Assembly (NCBI GenBank): GCA_964016885.1
Contig: OZ024742.1
Location: forward strand, 101,432,001-101,496,000
Length of the DNA: 64,000 nucleotides
Origin: Eledone cirrhosa
Lineage: Eukaryota
Reading direction: 5' to 3'
In this document: positions 45,058 to 58,017 of the stretch, one piece after another
Numbering within the stretch: position 1 is the stretch's first letter
Layout: each line of letters begins with the position of its first letter
The notes under the pieces: generated by a model
Databases searched by the model: none
Seen by the model: the letters and a program-made list of their open reading frames with translations, nothing else
What the model was told of the DNA's origin: nothing
Position numbers and translations under genes: made by a program

Positions 45058-45985
45058 AATTATTGTGTAAAGTGCTCAGGTGCACTACAACTCGTCAATA
45101 TAGTACATAGAATAATACACAAATGTCAGGGAAGTACATGTGTGTATGTGTTAGCTGTTCTGTTGGCGGATCTCGGGAAGCATGAAGGCCTTAAAGGATG
45201 CAGTGTCTCGACAGCTAACAACTGATGCAGGTAGTTTGTTCCATGCTTCAGCAACTCTGAGCGTGAAAAGATGTTTCCGAAAGTCATGGGAACTGTGCTG
45301 TTTTCTTACTTTGTGGGTATGTCCACGTGTGTTAGACACATGGAAATCGAAAAGGCACTCAGGGTTGTTGTTGGCAACATGGTTAACAATTTTTTGGGTG
45401 TTTACCAAGTCAGTTGCCAGGCGTCGGAGCTTCAATGAATTCATGCCCAGGGAAGCAAGGCGCTCAGAGTATGGTAGATGCCTGATGGATGGTATTCGCT
45501 TGGTTGGACGTCTCTGAACAGTTTCCAGGCGGTCAATGTCCTGAGCAAGGTAGGGGTTCCAGACTGGTGATGCAAATTCTAAGTGTGGTCGCACCATAGC
45601 TGTATACAGCCTTAAATAGATATCTGGAGAGCGGCTGACAAAGGTCTTGCTGAGTGATGCTAAGACACCCTCGGCCCTCTTGACAATTTTAGAGACGTGC
45701 CTCGTCCAACGCAAACCTGGGCATTACTGTCGCTGCTGACAGTAATGCCCAGGTCACGTTCACAAGAATATGTCTTGATATTAGTGCTGTGGAGGGAGTA
45801 TGTGAACGCTGGGTTTTTACTCCCAAAATGCATGGTGGTGCACTTGTCCACAGCTGGCTTGAGTTGCCAGTCTGAGATCCACTGTTGCATTGTGTCCAGG
45901 TCAGACTGCAAGCAAGATCTATAGTGTTCAGGATCTGTCCTTTTTATCTCAAGGTACAGTTGAAGTCGTCTGCGTACTTTGATCC
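45055..45985 (-). mobile_element. CR1/L2-group LINE 3' portion
   Basis: KYADD, ERDLGI, LYTAMVRPHLEFASPVWNP, ETVQRR, TRGH; its (ATT)n tail is the Dong target tract. Confidence 0.9.
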
Positions 45986-46072
45986 GTTCTCCCCAAAAGT
46001 TACATATTGATAGATAGTTAGAGAGAAGGGGGGGGGGTGAATAAATAGATAGATAGATAAAGGGATATATAT

Positions 46073-46751
<679 letters not shown>

Positions 46752-46810
46752 CAAACACACATATACAGAGATAAATGATAAATAGACAGACAGATAAGAG
46801 AAAACGATAG

Positions 46811-46841
<31 letters not shown>

Positions 46842-46842
46842 G

Positions 46843-46925
46843 ATTTCTTTATTTGCCACAAGGGCGCACAAGAAAAGGGGACAATACAAAGACATGACGG
46901 GGATTTTACATACAGTCGTGTAAAA
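46843..46925 (-). mobile_element. Tiny Tx1 3' end in (GATA)n
   Basis: Similar to 36826-36875; (GATA)n on both sides. Confidence 0.6.
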
Positions 46926-48443
46926 AAAAAATATTAAAAATATTAAAAATATTAAAAAATAGATAGATAGATAGATAGATAGGAAAAGTAAAGTTTTACA
47001 GAATACGCATTTAAGTTTAACAGAAGAGAAATCCTAGTCCTAGTAGAGAGCCACAATATAGCACTGTCCCGTTACATTGAAAGTGGCATCATGGTTGGAC
47101 AAATCTCAGTAAGCTTTTCTTGAGTTCAGTGTCTGGCATTGAATCTGTGGAGACCACGAAACTGGAATAGTAGTAAGCTGTGCTGATGTGTCTCACCAAT
47201 CAGTCTATACGAAATCCTAGCTGCATGTAGAACGGTCGGGCGGTCGTACTACAGGATAAACACATTGCTTCCTATCAGAAAAAAAATATATAAATGAAAT
47301 AAAATATACAAACTCAACAGGGGGTTATGAAATGTTACGTTTCAACAGAAGAACGAATAGGATGGATTACTGGAATGGGACAATCGGACAGAAGAACTAG
47401 GTCTGATAATCAGACAGAAACTTCGATCTGATGATTTGGAAGAAGAAAACTGACTATCCTAGTGAACAGCAGAGGCCTTCTTACAGAAAAGGTGGGTATT
47501 AATTTATTTTATAAAACGTGTACGAACTGGGAAAGCGCAAAAGAATGAGAGAAAGAGAGAGTGACAGAGAGAGAAAGTGTTTCTGTGAATACGTGAAAGT
47601 GATTTTTAGTGTTGTTTTGTATATTTCACTATTTCTAGTGAGAATACTAGAACATTACTTAATGAAATAGATTTTGGTGTGTAAGCATGCTTAAACTCGT
47701 TGTTTAAATATTTGCACGCACGCAACTGAATATATATATGTATATATGTATATATATGCGCGCGTGTGTGTGTGTAAACAACAAATGAGGGATATTTACA
47801 TATTTATAGTATACAATAATGAAAGTATTTTTAAAAAATTAAATAATAAACAAGAAGAGAAAAATAGAACAAAGAGAGAGAAAGAAATTTTTTAACACCC
47901 CCCGCCCCTCCAATCATTGCCTCCCCAGTTCTGGTCTCAATAGAAAGCATCCAGTCCACTCTGTAAAGTGGTAGTGCTGGTGTCACAACAAAAAGCACCT
48001 AGACTGCACAGTAAGGGGGTAATGCTGGTGCCTTACCAAAATACACCCAGTCTACACTATGGCAGTAATACAAGTCAAGATAAAATGCTCCCTGTACACT
48101 CTGTAAAGTGATTGGTGTTAGAAAAGGCATCCAGCCATAGAAACCAAGATGTAGTCACCTGACCTGTCTAACCACAGTATGTGACAGCCTGGCTAACCTG
48201 TGCATGGAAAATAGATGTTAAATGGCGATGGTGATAATGATGAAGGTGAAAGTGGAGGGGGGAAACTGTGCCCCAGCGACAAAATGGTGAAAGTATTTCT
48301 TTGAAGAACAGCCAGCGACCCCCCACTGCATAGACTATTCCACATCACAGAGCTCCTTCTTCCTGATTTTGCAGAGAAAAATTGAAGTCCGTAGGCAGGA
48401 AAACTCTAAATGGAAAGAGCTGGAAGCTTTCTGCAAGACACTA

Positions 48444-48624
48444 CGAGGGTCAGCTCAAACGTTCATAGGCTGACCAAGATACTCTCGTGGAATGACCAAA
48501 TGAGGGGGGTTTGTTTTTTTAACATAGTCCCTGGAAAGAAAAAATACAGTTATTAATAAGAAGATTCCACAACTCTCGCATCACTCCTTCACAATCAGCC
48601 TATGAACTTTTCAGCCTACCCTCA
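48444..48624. mobile_element. mariner-type MITE
   Basis: TA|CGAGGGTCAGCTCAAACGTTCATAGGCTGA ... TCAGCCTATGAACTTTTCAGCCTACCCTCA|TA. Confidence 0.75.
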
Positions 48625-49178
48625 TATGTCTGACACTCCCCCAGCCCCTAAAAGACCAAAAGACAAAGTTGCCCATGACATGATTTGAATTTATAGCACA
48701 GGGAGCTAGGATTAAATACCACAAGATATTTAATTCTGAGCTCTAAAGACTGCCAATTTGTTTAATCAACAATTAATAAAACAATTAATTAGTGAATCTT
48801 CCGTGTATAAATATGTCGGGTTTCGGCATCCAGCGGTTGGCATAATCTTATGTCCAAACCTTGCTAGTAGGCATTAAACGATGATGATAATGATGATGAT
48901 GATGATGATGATGATGATAGTGGTGGTGATGGTGGTGGTCACGGCGGTGGCGGTGACGGCGGTGGCGGTATGATGATGATGATGGTGGTGGTGATGGTGG
49001 CAGCGGCGGTATGATGATGCTGGTGGTGGTGGTGATGATGATTCCCCCCCCCCCCCCACCAATGTTTGTTTTTTTAAAACCTAGTTACCAATATCAGTAG
49101 AAGAATTTCCAACTTGTCCTCTAAAATCTGAAAGAGATTATTGTATTTACAGAACTTTGAGATACCAGTTTGAAAAAG

Positions 49179-49266
49179 ATGTTGAATGTAAGCAAACTAT
49201 TCTCGTCTCACAGAGTCCTTGTTGTCATAACTGGGTTGCTACTTATTGCTGTTTTCCTTTTTATGG
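49179..49266 (+). CDS. Coding exon 1 of carbohydrate sulfotransferase (cytoplasmic tail plus TM anchor)
   Basis: Acceptor tttacag|49153; MLNVSKLFSSHRVLVVITGLLLIAVFLFM; phase-1 donor G|gtaagt joins in frame to |AT GAC at 52826. Confidence 0.8.
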
Positions 49267-49572
49267 GTAAGTAAATTCTGCCATTTGGCCATTTTATGGA
49301 GGTTATATTAATGGTATTTACTGTGAGGAAAGATTGAGTGTCACATCATTCATTTCCCCTTTAAATCTATATAAAGACTTGGATCAAGCCCTTATCAACT
49401 TCTTTAATCCTCTTGGCACTGCAGGCGACTGAAGTCACGATAGAGTAATCTCCCCTTAATACATAATATAGTATCAAGAGAAGCAATTCATTAAAAACAA
49501 TTAGCCTCCAGAAGATTAAGTACCACTTGAAGAGGAAGAGGTGGTTAGAGAAGGAAGTGCTACTTTCTAGTG

Positions 49573-49934
49573 CAGCATTTCTCAACCTTTTTACACTTGT
49601 GGGACCCTTGAAATAGTTTTCATGTCTCAGGGAACCCCTGCATAACAATTATTATATACCATTATTAATATCTAAAAGCCGTAATTCTATGCGTCGACGC
49701 CATGCGTTGACGCATAGAATTACGGCCCTTGCCATTCTGAGTTCAAATCCCGCCGAGGTTAACTTTGCCTTTCATCCTTACGGGGTCGATAAAATAAAGT
49801 ACCAGTAATACACTGAGTAATTGCTGGCCTTGTGCCAAAAGTAGAAACAATTATTAATATCTAAAAGCATTAGCATATTTATCAGTTTCTTGTGGAATTC
49901 TAGGGTTCCAGGGAACATCGGTTAAGAAACGCTG
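49573..49934. mobile_element. hAT (Charlie/MER5-like) MITE containing a family-B SINE
   Basis: TIRs CAGCATTTCTCAACC / GGTTAAGAAACGCTG; 8-bp TSD ttctagtg; SINE TSD attattaatatctaaaagc at 49661 and 49850. Confidence 0.85.
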
Positions 49935-50062
49935 TTCTAGTGTGTTTTATGAAAGATGTGTAAAGGCTGTGAGATTGATGAAGTTGTTGTTTTTCATCCC
50001 TGCATTGTACCCAATGTTTTGGGTCATTATAGTCAATAAAAGAAATCATTATTATTTATCTA

Positions 50063-50255
50063 GGGCGGTGGATTGGCGGCAGTGTCGGTAGAGGGTCGGA
50101 CGCCATGCTTTGACGCATAGAGTTACGGTCCTTGCCATTCGGAGTTCAAATCCTGCCGAAGTTAACTTTGCCTTTCATCCTTACGGGGTCGATAAAATAA
50201 AGTACCAGTAATACACTGGGTATTTGCTGGCCTTGTGCCAAAAGTAGAAACAATT
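50063..50255 (+). mobile_element. Full-length family-B SINE
   Basis: 15-bp TSD attattatttatcta at 50048-50062 and 50253-50267. Confidence 0.9.
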
Positions 50256-51300
50256 ATTATTTATCTATTTGTTTATTTCTGTAACTATGTGTTGTTTGAT
50301 GTGTCCGTGCATTAAGTATATGTGTATCAGATAATTTTGATCATTAATCAAAACATCTTACTAATATTTGAAGAAAATATTTAAAGATGGGTTTGTTAAT
50401 TCAAATGTTTATCGTATCTTTACTAGTGAGCTGATTATTGCGAACATTAGCAGTATTAGAGTAGAGAATTTAATTTTCAAAGTGATGCAGTCATAGTACT
50501 TTTCAAAAATGTCTTGCTAATGTGGTTTCATGTGGAATAGGATATTAAGAGTTACCGTATATACTTGAATATAAGACAAGGAATTGGACGAGTCAGCTTA
50601 TATTTCAGTATATACGATAATAATTTGAAACTGTGTTTTAAATTTTCAGAAAGTAAAACTAATTAATACTTTCAAATGCGAACAAATTAAATATTCATAC
50701 ATTTTATGAGCAAACAAAATATATTTATGCACTTCAAATCCAGTCCAAAATAAATGAGGTCATGTAGGTGTCATGACAAAAAAACACACAGTCCACGCTG
50801 TAATGTGGCCGTGTAGGTTACACCGTAAAAACCTCCCAGTCTACAGCCGTAGAAAACCCACCAGACAGTCCTATACGAGCAAGACAACCAATCTTGCCTC
50901 AAGTGGGAAAATTCCCGTCCAAACCCATGCTAGCGTGGAAGATAGACGTTAAACGATGATGATGATGATGATGAAATGTAAACAAAATATATTTATGTAC
51001 AAAATAATAAGTACTGTAGTTGTAAATCTCTTAATTCAAATCAGTTTCTCATTAAAAAAAAATTCTTATTTTAAATAAATTCTGAATCATGAAGGTTCAA
51101 AAAGTCTAGAGTTTTTAAGGCATAATAAAAACGTTAGATGTGGGGAGGGTGTCATTTAAAAAATCTAACTTTTTTTGTTATATTTTTTAATGTTTTCACA
51201 TTTTGGGACTGGCTTATAATCATGTTTCATGTACTTTATACAGTATCATGTGTTGTAGACATTAGAATTTATATAATTTTAGCTAAATCAGAGAGGTTAA

Positions 51301-51870
51301 CTCTTAACTTCCTGTAATGAATTAGCAGAAAATATCTAAAAACAGGTTTATTTATTCAAATGTTTACAGTAGTTTTACTAGTGGACAGATTGTTGTGAAA
51401 CTTTACAGAATTAGAATAAAGACTTTCATTTTTAATGTGATGCAGTTATAGTGCTCTTTTGTACTTTTCAAGAATATATTGAGGCACATGGAGGCACATC
51501 GCTTAGTGGTTAGAGCATTAGCCTTGCAATCGAAAGGTTGTGAGTTCAATTCTCAGACCGGGTGATGTGTTGTTTCCTTGAGCAAGACACTTTATTTCAC
51601 ATTGCTCCAGTTTACTCAGCTGTAGAAATGAGATGATAGGGACTGGTGTCCCTATCATTCCACTGCAAAGTGGTCGTGGAGGTGCCACAGCAAAAAAGCA
51701 CCCAGCACTCACTGTAAATGAGGTTGGTGTTAGGAATGGCATCCAGCTGTAGAAATCAAGCCAGAATCAGTTCCGTCCCACCTTCGCAATCAGGGAAAAG
51801 CGGACGTAAAAATGATGTAATGATGTAAGTAATTGCTAATGTGGCTCCCTGTGGTACAGGGCATTAAGAG
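51301..51870. mobile_element. piggyBac-like MITE interrupted by SINE C
   Basis: TTAA|CTCTTAA ... TTAAGAG|TTAA; related copy at ~50350-50553. Confidence 0.55.
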
Positions 51871-52059
51871 TTAATATGAACAGTGCAGGGGTAATTTAAA
51901 ATCAAGTTCAGGCTACCCCCAGGGGTAATATGAAAGCAATTTTTCAGAGTACCAGGAGTTTGAAGTCTTTATAATGGGGTTGGCTTTTTCATTCCCCCAC
52001 CCTCCACTCAATATTTTATAAACTATAACTGTCCTTGGTAAATTTGTGTCAGAATCATA

Positions 52060-52785
52060 TGTTGTATAAAGCACCTTGCTCTTTATCATTTGAGTTCAAA
52101 TCCTACTGAAGTCAACTTTACCTTCCATCTTTCCGACGTTCATAAAATAAAGTACCAGTCAATTACTGGGTTTGATTTAACTAACTATACTTCTCACTAC
52201 CAAAAGAAAAAAAAAAATTTTTTTGGTCTTGTTAGAAGGCATTATTTTTTATCCCGCCGAGGTTGACTTTGCCTTTCATCCTTACGGGGTCGATAAAATA
52301 AAGTACCAGTAATGCACTGGGTAATTGCTGGCCTTGTGCCTAAAGTAGAAACAATTATTTTTTGTAATTTTAGGGCGGTGGATTGGCAATATCGGTAGAG
52401 CGTCGGACCCCATGCTTTGCAGCAAAGAGTTACGGCCCTTTATGGTCTGAGTTCAAATCCCACCGAGGTTAACTTTGTCTTTCATCCTTACGGGGTCGAT
52501 AAAATAAAGTACCAGTAATGCACTGAGTAATTGCTGGCCTTGTGCCAAAAGTAGAAACAATTATTTTTTGTAATTTTAGGATTAGCAGAAATAGTAGAGA
52601 AGTGGATAAGTTGCTATTGCAGTATTTGTTCTGGCTCTTAACATTCTGTGTTCAAATCTTGCTGTGGTCAACTTTGCCTTTCATCATTCTGTGGTTGATA
52701 AAGTCCTGATTACATATTGGGGCTGATATAATTGACTTTCCCTTTCCCCAAATTGCTGGTCTTGTGATAATGTTAGAAAAAATTA
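52060..52785 (+). mobile_element. Four tandem family-B SINEs
   Basis: Repeated core GCCTTTCATC..GATAAA; 21-bp TSD attattttttgtaattttagg at 52354 and 52560. Confidence 0.85.
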
Positions 52786-52825
52786 TTTTCTTTATTTTCA
52801 CCTTTCTTCATATATTTATTTCTAG

Positions 52826-53850
52826 ATGACAAGATAATGCTCTGTAAAACAACAATGATCAGCAACAGTTCAGAGCACAAAGATAAACTAAGTGGGAAAA
52901 TGATTATCGACAAAAAGAATCATTTACTCTACTGCTCAGTGCCAAAAGTTGGTTCTACTTTCATGAAACGTCTTTTGCTCATTCTCAGTGGCAAAGTTAA
53001 CAAAAGCTCTATTTTTGAAATTAAGACTAAATTGGCTCATAAAATAAAATTAGAAAGCCTGAATATTTTAGATATGGATTCAGTCTCCATCAATGGATGT
53101 TTCACTGACTTTCATAAGCTTCTTGTTGTTCGGAATCCATATGAGAGATTATACTCAGCCTATCTTGACAAATTTGTGAGACCAAATGGTTTTTATTATA
53201 AACTTGGGAAAAAAATCATTAGAATGTTTCGAAGAAAACCGACTTCTCGAAGTCTATTTTGTGGAGATGATGTGACATTTCCTGAATTCATAAAATATTT
53301 CATATATTCATTGCGAATTGGAAACCTCACAGATCCTCATTTCACACCCATACACATGCTTTGTCGGCCATGCCAATTTGATTACAAAGTCATAAGACTT
53401 GAAGATATTTCTGAGGCACTTCCCAAGTTTTTACATTCTATAGGAATAAACTTCATATCACCAAATGATTATCTAAGGGAAACAAGATTACAGGATGAAG
53501 CACAACACACATTATATTTGTTTGAAAGAAATAGTCCCCTAGTTAAAAATTGTCTCTCAACTACAGAGGTACTAAGGCGTCTGTGGAAGAGGGATCAAAT
53601 TAGAGGTTTCATAAAAACAGATTTTTCTTTCCCTATAGAGGGCATGCCTTATCTGCCAAATTCACAAATATTTAAAATGTTTTTGTCTTACTACAAAATA
53701 TCTTATCAGAAGAATGGAAGGGCTAGCTATCAAAATGCCATGCTCTCAGCATACTCACAGTTGTCTCCAGAAGATTTGAAAGTGACACAACAATATCTAG
53801 AAACAGACTGTAAGTTATTTGGTTATAAATCATTACAGATGGAATATTAA
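52826..53850 (+). CDS. Coding exon 2: carbohydrate sulfotransferase catalytic domain (Sulfotransfer_2; CHST8-14/HNK-1ST family, CHST11-like)
   Basis: Acceptor tttctag; 5'-PSB YCSVPKVGST, 3'-PB VRNPYERLYSAY, HF.P..LCRPC..DY, terminal D..LFGY. Confidence 0.93.
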
Positions 53851-54880
53851 GGGCTGTTCTTTACTGAATTGAAGGTATGTTCCTTTGTAATTTCTATTAT
53901 CATTTAAATTTTTTGTTTGCCCTAACACCTGCTCTAAGAACATAAATTAAATCAATATCATCTGACATTAGTTGATATTGTTTTGCATTACATCAGCCCA
54001 AATGAAACAGACTTATGAGCAAAGGCATTCTAGATATGACCATCTTGTCATTTTGTATATCTAGGACAGCATTGTCCAATGTGTCTTTCCTTTTTTATAA
54101 GACAGTAGAGTGAGATTTAGGTACTATTTCTAGCAGACCAAACTACACATAGAAGCTTTCTTATTGATTGAATAGAAAAAGTAACCACTGAAATTAGTCA
54201 AACAGTAACGAGCATAGAAGTATTTCAATTAACTAAGTTTTGGAGCGAGTTAGCAACATAAATCATAGATTTAAATAACAAGATTGTTCAGGAAAAAATT
54301 GAGCCTAGAAACTCATCAGGCTGGAGCTTAAGACTCCCTCCTGGATGATGGCTAGGCAATCAAAAAATTAACTCTCAGCTGCTACTGTTAGTTCAAAATG
54401 AGTACCAGCAATTAGCTGGGGTTTTAACCCTGCAATGGGTGGCATCCTGTCCAGGGGAGAGTCTTGTACTCTCAGTTGCTTCATACCATGGAAACTGGGA
54501 TAAGCACCAGTCTGATAAACCTCTGGATTTGAGACAGACTGTAGCTTTTGTAGGTACTCATTTTTCAGATGCGTGGTGAAATGAAGTGCCTTGCTCAAGG
54601 ACACAACCCACTGCCTGTTTCATGTATCAAACTCATGACCTTATGGACAAATTTTGCTCCTATCTAGCTTGTACTTACAGAGACATACTTACCTAGTTAA
54701 CTATTTATATTCACGAAGTATAGTGTATGATTATGATATAAATAACAGTAGGAAAGTATTATTCTACATATTCCATTCAACATAAATTTCAAGTTATATA
54801 TCAGCTCTAGTGTTACATAATCTTTAATGTACTATACTGGCACAGAACACCTGCTTCTTCAGGAATCCTCAAAAATATAT

Positions 54881-57066
54881 AAAAAGCACCCAGTCCGCAC
54901 TGTAAAGTGGTCATGTAGGTGTCACGACAAAAAGCACCCAGTCCACACTGTAAATTGGTCATGTATGTGTCATGACAAAAAGCATCCAGTCCGCACTGTA
55001 AAGTGGTCGTGTAGCTGTCGCAACAAAAAGCACCCAGTCCACACTGTAAAGTGGTCGTGTAGCTGTCACGACAAAAAGCACCCAGTCCACACTGTAAAGT
55101 GGTCGTGTAGCTGTCGCGACAAAAAGCACCCAGTCCGCACTGTAAAGTGGTCGTGTAGCTGTCGCAACAAAAAGCACCCAGTCCGCACTGTAAAGTGGTC
55201 GTGTAGCTGTCGCAACAAAAAGCACCCAGTCCACACTGTAAAGTGGTCGTGTAGCTGTCGCAACAAAAAGCACCCAGTCCACACTGTAAAGTGGTCGTGT
55301 AGCTGTCCCAACAAAAAGCACCCAGTCCGCACTGTAAAGTGGTCGTGTAGCTGTCACAACAAAAAGCACCCAGTCCGCACTGTAAAGTGGTCGTGTAGCT
55401 GTCACGAGAAAAAGCACCCAGTCCGCACTGTAAAGTGGTCGTGTAGCTGTCACAACAAAAAGCACCCAGTCCGCACTGTAAAGTGGTCGTGTAGCTGTCA
55501 CAACAAAAAGCACCCAGTCCACACTGTAAAGTGGTCGTGTAGCTGTCACAACAAAAAGCACCCAGTCCGCACTGTAAAGTGGTCGTGTAGCTGTCACAAC
55601 AAAAAGCACCCAGTCCGCACTGTAAAGTGGTCGTGTAGCTGTCACAACAAAAAGCACCCAGTCCGCACTGTAAAGTGGTTGTGTAGCTGTCACAACAAAA
55701 AGCACCCAGTCCGCACTGTAAAGTGGTTGTGTAGCTGTCACAACAAAAAGCACCCAGTCCGCACTGTAAAGTGGTTGTGTAGCTGTCACAACAAAAAGCA
55801 CCCAGTCCGCACTGTAAAGTGGTCGTGTAGCTGTCACAACAAAAAGCACCCAGTCCGCACTGTAAAGTGGTCGTGTAGCTGTCACAACAAAAAGCACCCA
55901 GTCCGCACTGTAAAGTGGTTGTGTAGCTGTCACAACAAAAAGCACCCAGTCCACACTGTAAAGTGGTCGTGTAGCTGTCGCAACAAAAAGCACCCAGTCG
56001 ACACTGTAAAGTGGTCGTGTAGCTGTCGCAACAAAAAGCACCCAGTCCACACTGTAAAGTGGTCGTGTAGCTGTCGCAACAAAAAACACCCAGTCCACAC
56101 TGTAAAGTGGTCGTGTAGCTGTCACAACAAAAAACACCCAGTCCACACTGTAAAGTGGTCGTGTAGCTGTCACAACAAAAAGCACCCAGTCCGCACTGTA
56201 AAGTGGTCGTGTAGCTGTCGCAACAAAAAGCACCCAGTCCACACTGTAAAGTGGTCGTGTAGCTGTCACGACAAAAAGCACCCAGTCCACACTGTAAAGT
56301 GGTCGTGTAGCTGTCACAACAAAAAGCACCCAGTCCGCACTGTAAAGTGGTCGTGTAGCTGTCACAACAAAAAGCACCCAGTCCGCACTGTAAAGTGGTT
56401 GTGTAGCTGTCACAACAAAAAGCACCCAGTCCACACTGTAAAGTGGTCGTGTAGCTGTCACAACAAAAAGCACCCAGTCCACACTGTAAAGTGGTCATGT
56501 AGCTGTCACAACAAAAAGCACCCAGTCCACACTGTAAAGTGGTTGTGTAGCTGTCACAACAAAAAGCACCCAGTCCACACTGTAAAGTGGTCATGTAGCT
56601 GTCACAACAAAAAGCACCCAGTCCACACTGTAAAGTGGTCGTGTAGCTGTCACAACAAAAAGCACCCAGTCCACACTGTAAAGTGGTCATGTAGCTGTCA
56701 CAACAAAAAGCACCCAGTCCGCACTGTAAAGTGGTCGTGTAGCTGTCACGAGAAAAAGCACCCAGTCCGCACTGTAAAGTGGTCGTGTAGCTGTCGCAAC
56801 AAAAAGCACCCAGTCCACACTGTAAAGTGGTCGTGTAGCTGTCGCAACAAAAAGCACCCAGTCCGCACTGTAAAGTGGTCGTGTAGCTGTCGCAACAAAA
56901 AGCACCCAGTCCGCACTGTAAAGTGGTCGTGTAGCTGTCACAACAAAAAGCACCCAGTCCACACTGTAAAGTGGTCATGTAGCTGTCACAACAAAAAGCA
57001 CCCAGTCCACACTGTAAAGTGGTCGTGTAGCTGTCACAACAAAAAACACCCAGTCCACACTGTAAA
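54881..57066 (+). repeat. 48-bp tandem array (~45.5 copies) derived from a SINE-C internal segment
   Basis: Unit AAAAAGCACCCAGTCC(A/G)CACTGTAAAGTGGTCGTGTAGCTGTC(A/G)CAAC; runs directly into the SINE tail 57067-57228. Confidence 0.95.
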
Positions 57067-58017
57067 TGAGGTTGGCATTAGGCAGGGCATCCAGCTGTAG
57101 AAACCAAGCCAAAATCAGTTCTGTATGAGCAAGACATGGTCACTTCACTTGGCATTGCTCACAACAGGATAACTCATCTAACCCATGCTAGTGTGGAAAA
57201 ATGGAGGTTAAACGGTGATGATGATGATAGATATACAGTTGTCTCCGGTATTCGCAGGGATTACATTAATAGAGCACCCACGAAGAGTGAAAAACCCCGA
57301 ATATTGGACATGGTATTTCTTCATATGTATGAAGAAATGCCTTGAAAACGTTAAACATATCTGAGGACCTTACGAGTGCAGAGTCAGGTTTGATCTATGA
57401 TAGATCCTGCCTTGAGCTGATCGTCAGAGAAACATATGTAATATGTTAATAAATTGTGTTTTAATGCATCACTGATTCCTCGTTATCTATAAGTATATAC
57501 TCTGCTCCGCATGAGCATCGAGTGTTCAAATGGCATACCGCCTACAGACGCATTTATTACAACCTTACAACAACTATATATTCATATATATATATAGGTA
57601 TGCAAAAGATAAACAGAAATAACGAAGCAAACGATGCAGTACAATGAAGAATTATAATATTAGTTTTATGCTTGAAATACACACATATGGCCATATTGAC
57701 AGTATCACTTGATTCATTTTCATGTTTTTAGTACTAAATTATATTTACATAAGTCTGAACAGCCCACATGACATGCATTTACAAGTTGGTTCAAAGTCAT
57801 TAGAGAAAGAATGGCATAGGAAAGATCATTTGTATTCACTTTCAAATGTAAATATAAATAGAACAATTGAATAGAAATAACTTGTGACTGATTTTTTTTT
57901 TCCATATACAAAGCAAACGTTCTTAGTTACAAAAACAATAGCTTCCATTTCTTTTTTAATCTAAAAAAAATAACAGGCTTTATTTTAATATTTTCCTACT
58001 TTAAATATTCTCTAAAA

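Noticed and set aside
47040-47491. Bidirectional promoter or divergent first exon (minus-strand G|GTGAG near 47196)
   Set aside because: Only isolated splice-like motifs in non-repetitive DNA; not supportable without transcripts
50063-50160. SINE heads as tRNA genes
   Set aside because: A/B-box-like motifs but no complete cloverleaf; followed by SINE core, tail and TSDs
54813-57100. Long Cys-rich repeat ORFs (721, 757 and 507 aa) or a CRISPR-like array
   Set aside because: The 48-bp unit is divisible by 3, so frames stay open on both strands by default. There are no unique spacers or cas genes, and the unit derives from a SINE.
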